Below are positions 26,817-36,576 of a stretch of DNA of 64,000 nt, piece by piece. The DNA is from an uncultured Clostridia bacterium (GTDB taxonomy: Bacteria; Bacillota; Clostridia; TANB77; CAG-465). The stretch spans positions 501 to 64,500 of the forward strand of contig CALXJG010000004.1 in NCBI GenBank assembly GCA_944388565.1, in the 5' to 3' direction. Position 1 is the stretch's first letter. Each line of letters opens with the position of its first letter. The notes under the pieces were generated by a model. That model saw only the letters and a list, made by a program, of their open reading frames with translations. It was not told the DNA's origin and did not search any database. Made by a program: the position numbers and the translations under genes.

Positions 26817-27499
26817 CAAAATTACCGTTAGATGATAGACCTTATGAAAAACTGGAACTATTAGGAGCTAGTAATCTAACAAATTCAGAATTACTTGCTA
26901 TAGTGATAAAAACAGGGACTAGTAAATATAACTGTGTTGAAATAGCTCAAAATATACTAACTGTTCCATCAAACAAAGAAAATGAAGATGATTTAGAACA
27001 TTTAGTTAATTTATCTATAGAGCAATTAAAAAGTTTTGAGGGGATTGGTCGAGTTAAGGCTATTCAAATAAAAGCTGTAATAGAACTTGCAAAAAGAATA
27101 TCTGGAACTTATAAAATAAGAAAAAATAAGATTGTATCTCCTAGAGATGTATATGATTTATTATTTAAAAATTATATAGGTCAAAAACAAGAAACTTTAA
27201 AAACAGTTATATTAAATAAACAAAATGCCATAATATCAATAGTTACAAATGCAATTGGAACTAATGATAGAATTGAAGTTGGAATAAAAGAAGTTTTTAG
27301 TGAGCCTATTAAACAACTTGCAAGTAGCATTATATTAGTACATAATCATCCTAGTGGAAATTTAAATCCTAGTCGAGGTGATATTGAATTTACTAATAAA
27401 ATTTATGAATATTCTAAAATTTTTGGTATAGAATTGTTAGACCATATAATTATTGGTAATAATAATTATATAAGTCTAAAAGAACAAAAGAAATTTTAA
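26801..27499 (+). CDS. radC: RadC-family JAB domain protein (UPF0758)
   Basis: 232 aa. ERPYEKL-like N-terminus, HhH region and JAMM-like HNHPSGNLNPSRGD. The only available start is TTG, overlapping the upstream gene by 16 nt. Confidence 0.9.
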   Translation: MAKSIAKLPLDDRPYEKLELLGASNLTNSELLAIVIKTGTSKYNCVEIAQNILTVPSNKENEDDLEHLVNLSIEQLKSFEGIGRVKAIQIKAVIELAKRISGTYKIRKNKIVSPRDVYDLLFKNYIGQKQETLKTVILNKQNAIISIVTNAIGTNDRIEVGIKEVFSEPIKQLASSIILVHNHPSGNLNPSRGDIEFTNKIYEYSKIFGIELLDHIIIGNNNYISLKEQKKF

Positions 27500-27554
27500 T
27501 GTAAAGATGTAGTTTAAATATTGTATATATGTAGTAAGAGAAAAGGTGGTAATT

Positions 27555-28571
27555 ATGGGATTTGTATCAAAAGATATAGGAATAGACTTAGGGACTTCAA
27601 ATGTAAGAATACATACAAAGGGAAAGGGCGTAATCTTAGAAGAGCCTTCTGTTGTTGCAATAAACAAAATAACAGGTGAAATTTTAGCAGTTGGAAATCA
27701 AGCAAAGGAGATGCTTGGAAGAACTCCTGATAATATTGATGCTCTAAAGCCATTAAAGGATGGAGTGATTGCAGATTTTAATGCGACTAGAATGCTTATT
27801 CAGTCTCTTATATCAAGAGTAATCCCTAAAAGTTTGTTTTCAAAACCAAGAATAGTTGTATCTATTCCATCTGGTATAACAGATGTAGAAGAAAGAGCAG
27901 CAGAAGGTGTAGCATATAAAGCTGGAGCAAAAGAAGTTTATTTGATTGAAGAAGTTATGGCAGCAGCAATAGGTGCAGGATTAAAAGTTGAACAAGCTGC
28001 TGGTTCTATGATTGTAGATATTGGTGGCGGAACAAGCGAAATGGCTGTTTTATCTCTTGGTGGCATAGTAGTATCTAATTCTGTTAAAATAGCTGGTGAT
28101 AAATTAGACAAGGATATTGTAGAATATATAAAAGAAAAATTTAATGTTATAGTTGGACTTAGAGAAGCTGAAGATGTAAAAAAACAAATTGGTGCCGCTA
28201 CAGCAGCCATGACAGAAGAAAAAATAAGTTTAAAAGGAAGAAATCTTACAACAGGGCTTCCAGAAACAATTGTTGTTACAACATATGATGTTAATGCAGC
28301 AATTATAGATTCTTTAAGAGAAATTTTAAGGGTTATAAAAATAACACTTGAGCAGACTCCACCTGAACTTGCTTCAGATATAATGGAAAATGGTATAGTT
28401 TTATCAGGAGGGGTAGCACTACTTAAAAATATTGATAGATATATATCTGAGCAAACTGGAATACCAGTATACATTGCAAATAATCCAACTCAATGTGTAA
28501 TAAAAGGTGTTGGTAAGGCTTTAGATAGTATACAAGTTTTAAAAAAAGCAGTAAAAACAAAAAAAGGTTAG
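27555..28571 (+). CDS. mreB: rod shape-determining protein MreB
   Basis: Start at ATG 27555 after AAAGGTGG. IGIDLGTSN and DIGGGTSE actin-fold motifs. Confidence 0.95.
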   Translation: MGFVSKDIGIDLGTSNVRIHTKGKGVILEEPSVVAINKITGEILAVGNQAKEMLGRTPDNIDALKPLKDGVIADFNATRMLIQSLISRVIPKSLFSKPRIVVSIPSGITDVEERAAEGVAYKAGAKEVYLIEEVMAAAIGAGLKVEQAAGSMIVDIGGGTSEMAVLSLGGIVVSNSVKIAGDKLDKDIVEYIKEKFNVIVGLREAEDVKKQIGAATAAMTEEKISLKGRNLTTGLPETIVVTTYDVNAAIIDSLREILRVIKITLEQTPPELASDIMENGIVLSGGVALLKNIDRYISEQTGIPVYIANNPTQCVIKGVGKALDSIQVLKKAVKTKKG

Positions 28572-28590
28572 TAAGAAGGAGAATACAATA

Positions 28591-29436
28591 ATGAATTATA
28601 GATATAATTTTGATGACAAGAAAAATGATAAAAAGAAAAAAATAATATTCATAATTATAGTTATAATTGCTGTAATTGTATTCTCTGCTTTTTTCTTTAG
28701 AAATTCATCAAATAGTATTGTTAGTAAAGTTTCAACAGTTGTAGTTTACCCATTTGATAAACTTTATGAGTTTGTCTCAGGTGGCTTTTCAGGAATCAAG
28801 TCATATTTTGCAAATAGCAAAAAATTAAATGAAGAAAAAGAAGAACTTGAAAACAAAATAAGTGAATTAGAAATGCAATTATTAGAATCTCAAAAGATAT
28901 TAGATGAAAATACTTCTTTAAAACAGATGTTAGAAATAAAAAAAGTATATCAGCATTTTAATATAAAGATGGCAAAAATAATATATAGAGAACATGATAA
29001 TTGGACACAAACATTTAAAATTGATATCGGTGAAAATGATGGAATTAAACTAAATCAAGCAGTAGTTCATAAGGATGGATTAGTAGGTTATATATCTTCT
29101 GTAGAAAAAGATACATCAACAGTAACTACAATATTAGATCCATCTTCATCTGTAAGTGTAAGTATTAGTACAGTAAATGAACCAGCTATATTAAAAGGTG
29201 ATTTAAATCTTAAATCTCAAAATAGACTTACTCTTGATTTTATACCACTTGATGCTAATATATCTATTGCAGATATGTTATATACTTCTGGGCTTGGGGC
29301 AACATATCCAGCTTCGATTCCAGTTGGAAAAATAATAGAAGTTATAAATAATAAAAATGATATGAATAGATATGCCATTGTAGAACCTAATGTAAATATA
29401 CGAACAATATCAGAAGTAGGAGTTATTATAGATTAA
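28591..29436 (+). CDS. mreC: rod shape-determining protein MreC
   Basis: 281 aa. N-terminal TM, coiled coil, then the GDLVVT-like beta domain (GLVGYISSVEKDTSTV; TSGLGATYPASIPVGKI). Confidence 0.9.
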   Translation: MNYRYNFDDKKNDKKKKIIFIIIVIIAVIVFSAFFFRNSSNSIVSKVSTVVVYPFDKLYEFVSGGFSGIKSYFANSKKLNEEKEELENKISELEMQLLESQKILDENTSLKQMLEIKKVYQHFNIKMAKIIYREHDNWTQTFKIDIGENDGIKLNQAVVHKDGLVGYISSVEKDTSTVTTILDPSSSVSVSISTVNEPAILKGDLNLKSQNRLTLDFIPLDANISIADMLYTSGLGATYPASIPVGKIIEVINNKNDMNRYAIVEPNVNIRTISEVGVIID

Positions 29437-29447
29437 AGGAAAATGTT

Positions 29448-29975
29448 ATGAGAAAAAAAATATTGACTTTTTTATATATATTATTTTTAATATTAATTAT
29501 ATTTATTGTCCAGATGTTTATTATAGATAATAAGACTTTATTTGGAGTAAAACCAAACTTAATTCTTATATCTACTATAATAGTAAGTTTGTGGTATGGG
29601 CTTTATGCTGGTACCTTTTATTCTTTTATAATAGGTTTTGTAACCGATTTATTATTTGGTAATACTTTTGGTATGTTTACCATATCTTATACAATAGTTG
29701 GAGCAACAATTGGATTTTTAAATAACACATATAGAAAAGAAAATAAAATATCACTTATATATCTTACTATAATTGCAACATCTTTATTTGAGATAATTTC
29801 ATATATAGAATATGCAATTGTATATTCTGTATTTAGTAATGTATTTTATTTACTAATACAAATATTTTTAAGTTCTTTGCTTAATATAGTAATTGTATAT
29901 ATTATATACTCTCTAATATATAGAGTGGCTGAGTCTTTAGATGATAGATTAAAATCAGATTCAAATATTTTTTAA
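29448..29975 (+). CDS. mreD: rod shape-determining protein MreD
   Basis: 175 aa polytopic membrane protein in the mreBCD position. Confidence 0.8.
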   Translation: MRKKILTFLYILFLILIIFIVQMFIIDNKTLFGVKPNLILISTIIVSLWYGLYAGTFYSFIIGFVTDLLFGNTFGMFTISYTIVGATIGFLNNTYRKENKISLIYLTIIATSLFEIISYIEYAIVYSVFSNVFYLLIQIFLSSLLNIVIVYIIYSLIYRVAESLDDRLKSDSNIF

Positions 29976-29991
29976 GGGGTGGTGAGTTCTT

Positions 29992-32121
29992 TTGAAAAAA
30001 GCATTTAAAAAGATTTTAGATGTATTAAATAACAGGTATTTAATGTTATATATAATTATAATATTAATATCTGCTGTTTTTATACTTAGATTATTTTCAC
30101 TGCAAATAATAAATGGTGCAGAATATAGAGAACAATCTGAAAAAAGAATGCTTAGAACAGAAACAATTGAAGCACCACGTGGTGAAATTTATGATAGAAA
30201 TGGTGTAGTACTTGCTACTAGCAAAAGATCGTATAATGTAACAATATATAAAGTTAATGTCGAAGTTGAAGAACAAAATGAAGCAATATCAAAATTAGTG
30301 GATATTCTTGATGCAAATGGGGATAGCATTTATTCTACTTTCCCAGTAAATGATGAATTAAATGGTTTTTCTTTTTCAGATGACAATTCAGAGAAGAACT
30401 GGAAAAAAGATAATAATATTGATGAAGCAGCAACTTTTGAAGATACTATTAAATTTTATACAGAAAAATATGCTCTAGAAAATTATACAAGTAATTTTAA
30501 TCATTTAGTAAAAATGATAGAAATAAAATATGAAGGAAATGTTAATGCTTATTCTTTATTAAATAGTGCTGTTGTTGCAAAAGATATAAAAGAAGAGTCT
30601 GTTGCACAAATTGAGGAAAGAAAAAGTGAATTATATGGTATAAATATAGTATCTTCTCCAAAGAGATATTATACTAATGCAAATTTATTTTCTCATGTAA
30701 TAGGTTATGTAAGTAATATAAGTAGTGATGAATATAGTAAAAAGAAAGATGAAGGATACAGTTTAAATAGTATAATTGGAAAAACAGGTGTTGAACAGTC
30801 TTGTGAAACATATTTAAAAGGAACTGATGGCGTAAAAAAGGTTGAAACTGATAGATATGGAAATATAACATCTGAAACAATTACAAAAGAAGCTGTTACT
30901 GGAAATAGTGTAACACTTACTTTAGATTATAGACTTCAAAAAACTGCACAAGAGGCACTTGAAAAAACAATCGCAGATCTTAGAGAAGGTAGAATAACGG
31001 GAAGAAAGATTCCTGATGCAAATTCTGGGGCTGTTGTAGTTCTTGATTGCCAAACTGGTGAAGTTTTAGCTATGGCAAATTATCCAAACTATGATACAAA
31101 TTTATTTGTAGGAGGAATTAAGGCAAGCGATTGGAAAAGAATATCAGAAGATGCTTTAAATCCAATGTATAATAGAGCTATTTCTGGGACCTACTCACCT
31201 GGTTCAACATATAAAATGTTAGTAGCTTTTGCAGGACTTGAAACAGGTGGAATAACTGTTGATGAAAAATATTATGATCCTGGTGTTTATCCATATGGAC
31301 ATAGACCAGTTTGTTGGTTATATTCATCTCGTAGGACAACACATGGTTATGTTAATGTTTCTGGTGCTATAAAAGGATCATGTAATTGTTACTTCTATGA
31401 AGTTGGTAGAAGAATTGGAATAGCAAAAATTGTGGAATATTCTAAACTATTTGGGTTAGGTGAAAAGACAGGAATAGAGTTGCCACAAGAGTCTCCAGGT
31501 CAAATTGCTGGTGCAGATGATAGTTCAGAAGATGGATTAAAATCGCCTTGGTATTTAGGGGATACTTTATCTGCTGCTATAGGTCAACATGAAAATCAAT
31601 ATACTCCAATACAACTTGCAAATTACATTTCTGCTATTGCTAATGGAGGTACATTAAATAAGGTATCGGTATTAAAAGAAATAAAAAATGAAAGTACAAT
31701 GGAGACAGTTCCATTAAGTGATATAGAAAAGACTATGGAAGAATTTACAAATGTTAAATTTGAGCCAAGAAAAATTAATATAAAAGAAGAATATTTAAAT
31801 GCTATAAAAGAAGGTATGCTATCTGTTACAACAGAAACAGGAGGTACTGCAAATATTGTATTTAAAAATAGTAATATAAAAGTTGCTGGTAAAACTGGTA
31901 CTTCACAAGTAAGTAGTGGAACTAATAATGGATTATTTGTTGGATTTGCACCTTATGATAATCCAAAAATCGCTGTTGTTGCTATAATAGAACATGGTGA
32001 AGAAGGTACATATACAGCAAATGTTGTAAAACCAATAATGGAAGAGTACTTTAAAATAAGTGAAGAAGATAAATTAAATGAAAAAGAGCAAAATGTTGTT
32101 GATAACAAGGTAGAGTTTTAA
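29992..32121 (+). CDS. mrdA: penicillin-binding protein 2 (class B transpeptidase)
   Basis: 709 aa. SxxK (STYK), SxN (SCN) and KTG(T) motifs. TTG start after GGTGGTGA. Confidence 0.92.
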   Translation: MKKAFKKILDVLNNRYLMLYIIIILISAVFILRLFSLQIINGAEYREQSEKRMLRTETIEAPRGEIYDRNGVVLATSKRSYNVTIYKVNVEVEEQNEAISKLVDILDANGDSIYSTFPVNDELNGFSFSDDNSEKNWKKDNNIDEAATFEDTIKFYTEKYALENYTSNFNHLVKMIEIKYEGNVNAYSLLNSAVVAKDIKEESVAQIEERKSELYGINIVSSPKRYYTNANLFSHVIGYVSNISSDEYSKKKDEGYSLNSIIGKTGVEQSCETYLKGTDGVKKVETDRYGNITSETITKEAVTGNSVTLTLDYRLQKTAQEALEKTIADLREGRITGRKIPDANSGAVVVLDCQTGEVLAMANYPNYDTNLFVGGIKASDWKRISEDALNPMYNRAISGTYSPGSTYKMLVAFAGLETGGITVDEKYYDPGVYPYGHRPVCWLYSSRRTTHGYVNVSGAIKGSCNCYFYEVGRRIGIAKIVEYSKLFGLGEKTGIELPQESPGQIAGADDSSEDGLKSPWYLGDTLSAAIGQHENQYTPIQLANYISAIANGGTLNKVSVLKEIKNESTMETVPLSDIEKTMEEFTNVKFEPRKINIKEEYLNAIKEGMLSVTTETGGTANIVFKNSNIKVAGKTGTSQVSSGTNNGLFVGFAPYDNPKIAVVAIIEHGEEGTYTANVVKPIMEEYFKISEEDKLNEKEQNVVDNKVEF

Positions 32122-32271
32122 AAGACACTGCTATGAAATAGTGATATTTTATAGCAGCTTTTGTATATTATTAGTAATATTTTTGAGTATTGTGAAATTA
32201 TATGTAGTTATGTATACCAAAGCTTTATTTAATAAAAAATGTGTGTTATAATCTTTTTAGGTGATTGTTAT

Positions 32272-33693
32272 ATGAGTAATTATAAATTAATAAAAGATAT
32301 CAATCCTAATATATATAGAGGATATGATATAAGGGCAATTTATGGAGTAGACTTAAATGAAGATATAGCGTATACTATAGGACTTTCTTATGGTGAATAT
32401 ATCTTAAATGAAGGCTATAACAAATGTGTTATAGGTCATGATAATAGAGATTCTTCAGAGCCTATATACAAGGCTTTAGTTGAAGGAATAATTTCAGCAG
32501 GTGATATAGAGGTAAAGTTGATTGGACTTGTTACTACACCTATGTATTATTTTGCCCAATTACATTTAAATAATGGAAAAGGAATAATGCCTGGAATTAT
32601 GATTACAGCAAGTCATAATCCAAAAGAATATAATGGTCTTAAAATATCATTTAATGATTTTGGTAATGCTTGTGGTCAAATGATTCAAGATTTTAGAATA
32701 TTTACAGAAAAAAATACAGCTAGATTATTAGAAGAAAATAATATTGAAATTATTGGAAGAACAGTTGAATGTGATATAAAAGAAGATTATTTAGCGCTTG
32801 TTAAAAGTTCAATAAAATTAGGAGATAAAAAAGTAAAAGTTGTAGTTGATACTGCTAATGGAACTGCATCTATAATTGCTAAAGAAATGTATAATATGTT
32901 TGATAATATTGAATTAATACCACTTTATATGGAGTCTGATTCTAGATTTCCACATCATCATCCTGATCCAAGTGTTGAGAAAAATAACGAAGATTTAAAG
33001 AAAGCAGTTATTGAAAACAAGGCAGATCTTGGTATCGGCATAGATGGCGATGGTGATAGAGTTGGTGTAATAGATGAAAACGGTAATATGATATATATAG
33101 ATTTCTTTGCTATTATAATATGGCGTGACATAATGAATAAAGTTTCAAATAAAAATGCTTTATTTGATGTTAAATGTTCAAAATCTCTTATGGATGAAAT
33201 TATAAAATTAGGCGGAAATCCTGTATGTTATAGGACAGGAAATTCATATATGAAAGCTAAAATGAGAGAAGGAAATTTTGCCTTTGGTAATGAACTTTCA
33301 GGACATGTATTTTTTAATGATAAATGGCCAAATATAGATGATGGACTATATGCTGGTTTAAGATTAATAGAAATATTATCAAAAACAGATAAGCCACTTT
33401 CACATTTATTAGATGGAGTTACAAGATATTATTCAACTCCTGAAATAATTATAAAATCAACTGATGATGCTAAATTTGATGTAATTGAAAAAGTAAAAAG
33501 ATATTGTATATCACAAGAATACAAAGTAAATGATATTGATGGAGTAAGAGTTGAATTTGATAATGGTTGGGCTTTAGTAAGAGCTTCAAATACAGGTCCA
33601 AATATAACAGCTAGATTTGAAGGAAAAACTGAAGAGGATATGAATAATATTAAGAATGAATTTATGTCTGTTTTAAATGATTTTATATCATAA
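32272..33693 (+). CDS. phosphomannomutase/phosphoglucomutase
   Basis: Start at ATG 32272 after AGGTGA. TASHNPKEYNGLK active-site loop, GIDGDGDR metal site and GNELSGH. Confidence 0.9.
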   Translation: MSNYKLIKDINPNIYRGYDIRAIYGVDLNEDIAYTIGLSYGEYILNEGYNKCVIGHDNRDSSEPIYKALVEGIISAGDIEVKLIGLVTTPMYYFAQLHLNNGKGIMPGIMITASHNPKEYNGLKISFNDFGNACGQMIQDFRIFTEKNTARLLEENNIEIIGRTVECDIKEDYLALVKSSIKLGDKKVKVVVDTANGTASIIAKEMYNMFDNIELIPLYMESDSRFPHHHPDPSVEKNNEDLKKAVIENKADLGIGIDGDGDRVGVIDENGNMIYIDFFAIIIWRDIMNKVSNKNALFDVKCSKSLMDEIIKLGGNPVCYRTGNSYMKAKMREGNFAFGNELSGHVFFNDKWPNIDDGLYAGLRLIEILSKTDKPLSHLLDGVTRYYSTPEIIIKSTDDAKFDVIEKVKRYCISQEYKVNDIDGVRVEFDNGWALVRASNTGPNITARFEGKTEEDMNNIKNEFMSVLNDFIS

Positions 33694-33719
33694 CTAAAAT
33701 AAAAACATGAGGTATATAT

Positions 33720-34415
33720 ATGTCTAAAGAAGATAAATTATTTGATAATTTATATAGTAAGTATAAAGATGAGTATTCTGAAATATTTAGTGAATACGAG
33801 TCTGGAACTTATACCAAAAATGATATAATAACTTTTTTCAATTCTGAGACAAGAAAAAAAGAAAAAAGAGATGAAATGATAGCAAAAGAAAAATATAAAG
33901 AAGTAGAAAAGTGTTGTAATGATAATAATTTTGGCAAAGAATTATCTGAGCTTATGGTATCATATAGTGAGTATATTACTTCTGTCGTGGAACATGTAGC
34001 TTATGCTGAAGATTTTAAAAGTGGTGCTAGTTTTTCATCTAGGTCATATATGGAAACATTAAATAGAAACAGAAGGAATAGACATAATGATGCGATACAA
34101 AAAACAATTTCACTTAGCAAAGAACTTATTAGTAAAGGGGTAGTATTTTATCCAGATTTTTTTGATGTAGATAAAATAAGTTCAATATCACAAGATAGAA
34201 GAGACAAATTTGGAGATTTTATTTTTTCATTTCAAAATGCAAGAGCAAAAGTATTAAGAGAAAGAGAATTAGAAGAAAGAGAAAAAGGTAATTTTATTAA
34301 TGATTTAAAAAGAAAGACTATACCTGATGATATAATTATAGTTGATACAGTAGAAAGAAATTATAGAATAAAAGTACCTTCTAAACAAGATGATTTAAAT
34401 AAAGAGTTTAAATAA
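33720..34415 (+). CDS. hypothetical protein
   Basis: 231 aa, charged and helical. GAGG RBS. No confident family. Confidence 0.5.
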   Translation: MSKEDKLFDNLYSKYKDEYSEIFSEYESGTYTKNDIITFFNSETRKKEKRDEMIAKEKYKEVEKCCNDNNFGKELSELMVSYSEYITSVVEHVAYAEDFKSGASFSSRSYMETLNRNRRNRHNDAIQKTISLSKELISKGVVFYPDFFDVDKISSISQDRRDKFGDFIFSFQNARAKVLRERELEEREKGNFINDLKRKTIPDDIIIVDTVERNYRIKVPSKQDDLNKEFK

Positions 34416-34522
34416 TATTGTTAGCACTTTACTTTTTATGTAAAGTGTGATATAATATTATATGTGTTAAATTTTGATAGATGAAAAAATTTTTTATCTT
34501 GATTTAGGAGGTTAATATAATT

Positions 34523-34774
34523 ATGGTAGATGCTAAAAGTAGAGGCTTTTATATGATTTTATTTGCTAAAGCAAATGAGGTCATTGAAAAAAGAAGAGCT
34601 GGTCACGACGTAAAAATAGATATGGAAGGGTTAAGAAGCCTGATAAACGAGTACATAAAGTTTTGTGATGAAAACCAAATAGAACACAGTAAAATTGATA
34701 CAGAAAATGTTTCCGAAACTGAACTTCAAGGCTTTGCTCTTAAGGAATTGTCTGAATTTTATTCAAAAAGATAA
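34523..34774 (+). CDS. hypothetical protein
   Basis: 83 aa. AGGAGG RBS, followed by a strong terminator. Confidence 0.5.
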   Translation: MVDAKSRGFYMILFAKANEVIEKRRAGHDVKIDMEGLRSLINEYIKFCDENQIEHSKIDTENVSETELQGFALKELSEFYSKR

Positions 34775-34789
34775 ATAAAGATTAATTTA

Positions 34790-34820
34790 AGCGGGGTGTT
34801 ATATAACGCCCTGCTTTTTT
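34790..34820 (+). terminator. rho-independent terminator
   Basis: AGCGGGGTG / CGCCCTGCT stem followed by T6. Confidence 0.8.
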
Positions 34821-35020
34821 GTCAAATTTTGTTAAAAACTAGTTTATATTTGTATAATTTTACCTTAAAAGCTTTAAAAACTATTAATAATATGATATAA
34901 TTTGCCAAGGTGGTGATGTCTTAAAATAAATAAAAACGGTTGAGTATGGAAAAGTTAGTATTTTACTACTAATTTATGATAATTTGTTAATAATATTTAC
35001 TAGAAAAGAAGGAGAAAAAA

Positions 35021-35803
35021 ATGAAATTTATAGAAAAATGTAAAGAAATTTATAGATATAGACATATGTTAATGACGTTAGTTAAACAAGATATTAACGG
35101 TAGATATAAAGGGTCTTTTTTTGGCTTTTTGTGGACTTTACTTAATCCACTTTTAATGCTAGTTGTTTACTCTATTGTATTCCAATTTGTATTTAGATCA
35201 AATATTGAGCATTATCCAATATATTTATTTATATGCTTAATGCCATGGAATACATTTGCAAATTCAATAGCAAATGGTACAACTTGTGTTTCAAATAATG
35301 CAAGTATATTAAAAAAAGTATATTTCCCAAGAGAAGTATTACCACTTTCAGTAGTAATTAGTAATACAATACAATACTTCTTTAGTGCAGTTATAATATT
35401 TATAGCTTTACTTGTTTCAGGTGTTGGAGTATCTTGGTTTGCGTTGTTTTTACCTGTTATGGTATTTATACAAGCATTATTTACTTTGGGAATAATTTTC
35501 TTATTATCAGCTGCAAATGTGTATGTAAGAGATGTACAATATATTATGAATCCTGTAATGATGATATGGATGTATGCATCTCCAATATTATATAGTATCT
35601 CAATGGTACCTGAAAAATATGTTGATTTATATAGATTAAATCCAATGGTATCAATTATGGAAGGATATCAAAGTATACTATATTCTCAAACTTTCCCAGA
35701 TTTTAAGAGCCTAGGTATAGTTTTAGTTGTTTCAATAGTTATATTTATAATTGGATATGTAGTATTTAACAAACTACAAAGACGTTTTGCAGAGGAGGTA
35801 TAG
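35021..35803 (+). CDS. ABC-2 type polysaccharide/teichoic-acid export permease (Wzm/TagG-like)
   Basis: 260 aa with six TM segments. N-terminal ...DINGRYKGSFFGFLWTLLNPLL, typical of ABC-2 exporters. Confidence 0.9.
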   Translation: MKFIEKCKEIYRYRHMLMTLVKQDINGRYKGSFFGFLWTLLNPLLMLVVYSIVFQFVFRSNIEHYPIYLFICLMPWNTFANSIANGTTCVSNNASILKKVYFPREVLPLSVVISNTIQYFFSAVIIFIALLVSGVGVSWFALFLPVMVFIQALFTLGIIFLLSAANVYVRDVQYIMNPVMMIWMYASPILYSISMVPEKYVDLYRLNPMVSIMEGYQSILYSQTFPDFKSLGIVLVVSIVIFIIGYVVFNKLQRRFAEEV

Positions 35804-35806
35804 ACT

Positions 35807-36562
35807 ATGGCAGGTAAATCTAAGAAGAAAAAAGATGATATTGCTATATCAGTAAAAAATGTAACTAAAGAATTTATAGTATATGAAGATAAAGCATATT
35901 TTTTAAAGGAAAGATTAGCAAATTTAAAAAGAAACAGAAAGACAAAACATGTTGTTTTAAGTGATATATCTTTAGAAATAAAAAAAGGAGAATCTGTTGC
36001 TCTTATTGGAGTTAATGGTTCTGGTAAATCAACATTGTTAAAATTATTAAATAAAATAATTTATCCAGAAAAAGGTGAAATTATAATAAATGGTAAAGTT
36101 TCAAGTATGATAGAACTTGGAGCTGGATTTAATACTGATTTTACAGGAAGAGAGAATATTTATTTTAATGCATCTATGTATGGCTTAGGAAGAAAAGATG
36201 TTGACCCTATTATTGATGAGATAATAGAATTTTCTGAATTAGGTGATTTTATTGATACACCTGTAAGAACATATTCTTCAGGTATGTATATGAGACTTGC
36301 TTTTTCAATTGCAGTTAATGTACAAGCAGAAATTTTACTTATTGATGAAATATTAGCCGTTGGTGATGCACACTTCCAAGATAAGTGTTTAAATAAAATG
36401 AAAGAACTAAAAGCTCAAGGTAAGACTATGGTATTTGTTTCACATAGCATGGATCAAGTAAAGAGTTTTTGTAATAGAGCAGTTTGGTTATTTAATGGAA
36501 AAATTAGAATGGATGGAGAAACTGAAGAAGTTGCTAAAGAATATTTGAAGGTTCAAGGATAA
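35807..36562 (+). CDS. polysaccharide/teichoic-acid export ATP-binding protein (Wzt/TagH-like)
   Basis: 251 aa. Walker A GVNGSGKST, signature YSSGMYMRLAFS and Walker B LLIDE. No C-terminal carbohydrate-binding extension. Confidence 0.9.
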   Translation: MAGKSKKKKDDIAISVKNVTKEFIVYEDKAYFLKERLANLKRNRKTKHVVLSDISLEIKKGESVALIGVNGSGKSTLLKLLNKIIYPEKGEIIINGKVSSMIELGAGFNTDFTGRENIYFNASMYGLGRKDVDPIIDEIIEFSELGDFIDTPVRTYSSGMYMRLAFSIAVNVQAEILLIDEILAVGDAHFQDKCLNKMKELKAQGKTMVFVSHSMDQVKSFCNRAVWLFNGKIRMDGETEEVAKEYLKVQG

Positions 36563-36576
36563 TAAGGAGTAAAAAT

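Noticed and set aside
27938-28474. 178-aa minus-strand ORF antisense to mreB. Similar antisense ORFs occur at 17631-17951 (folD), 19857-20192 (hrcA), 20509-20927 (grpE), 23185-23689 (dnaJ), 51826-52158 and 52837-53265 (pnp), and 10475-10723 (cls).
   Set aside because: Each lies wholly inside a confidently identified conserved gene on the other strand. They have Ser/Ile/Pro-rich low-complexity composition typical of antisense frames in AT-rich DNA, and no RBS.
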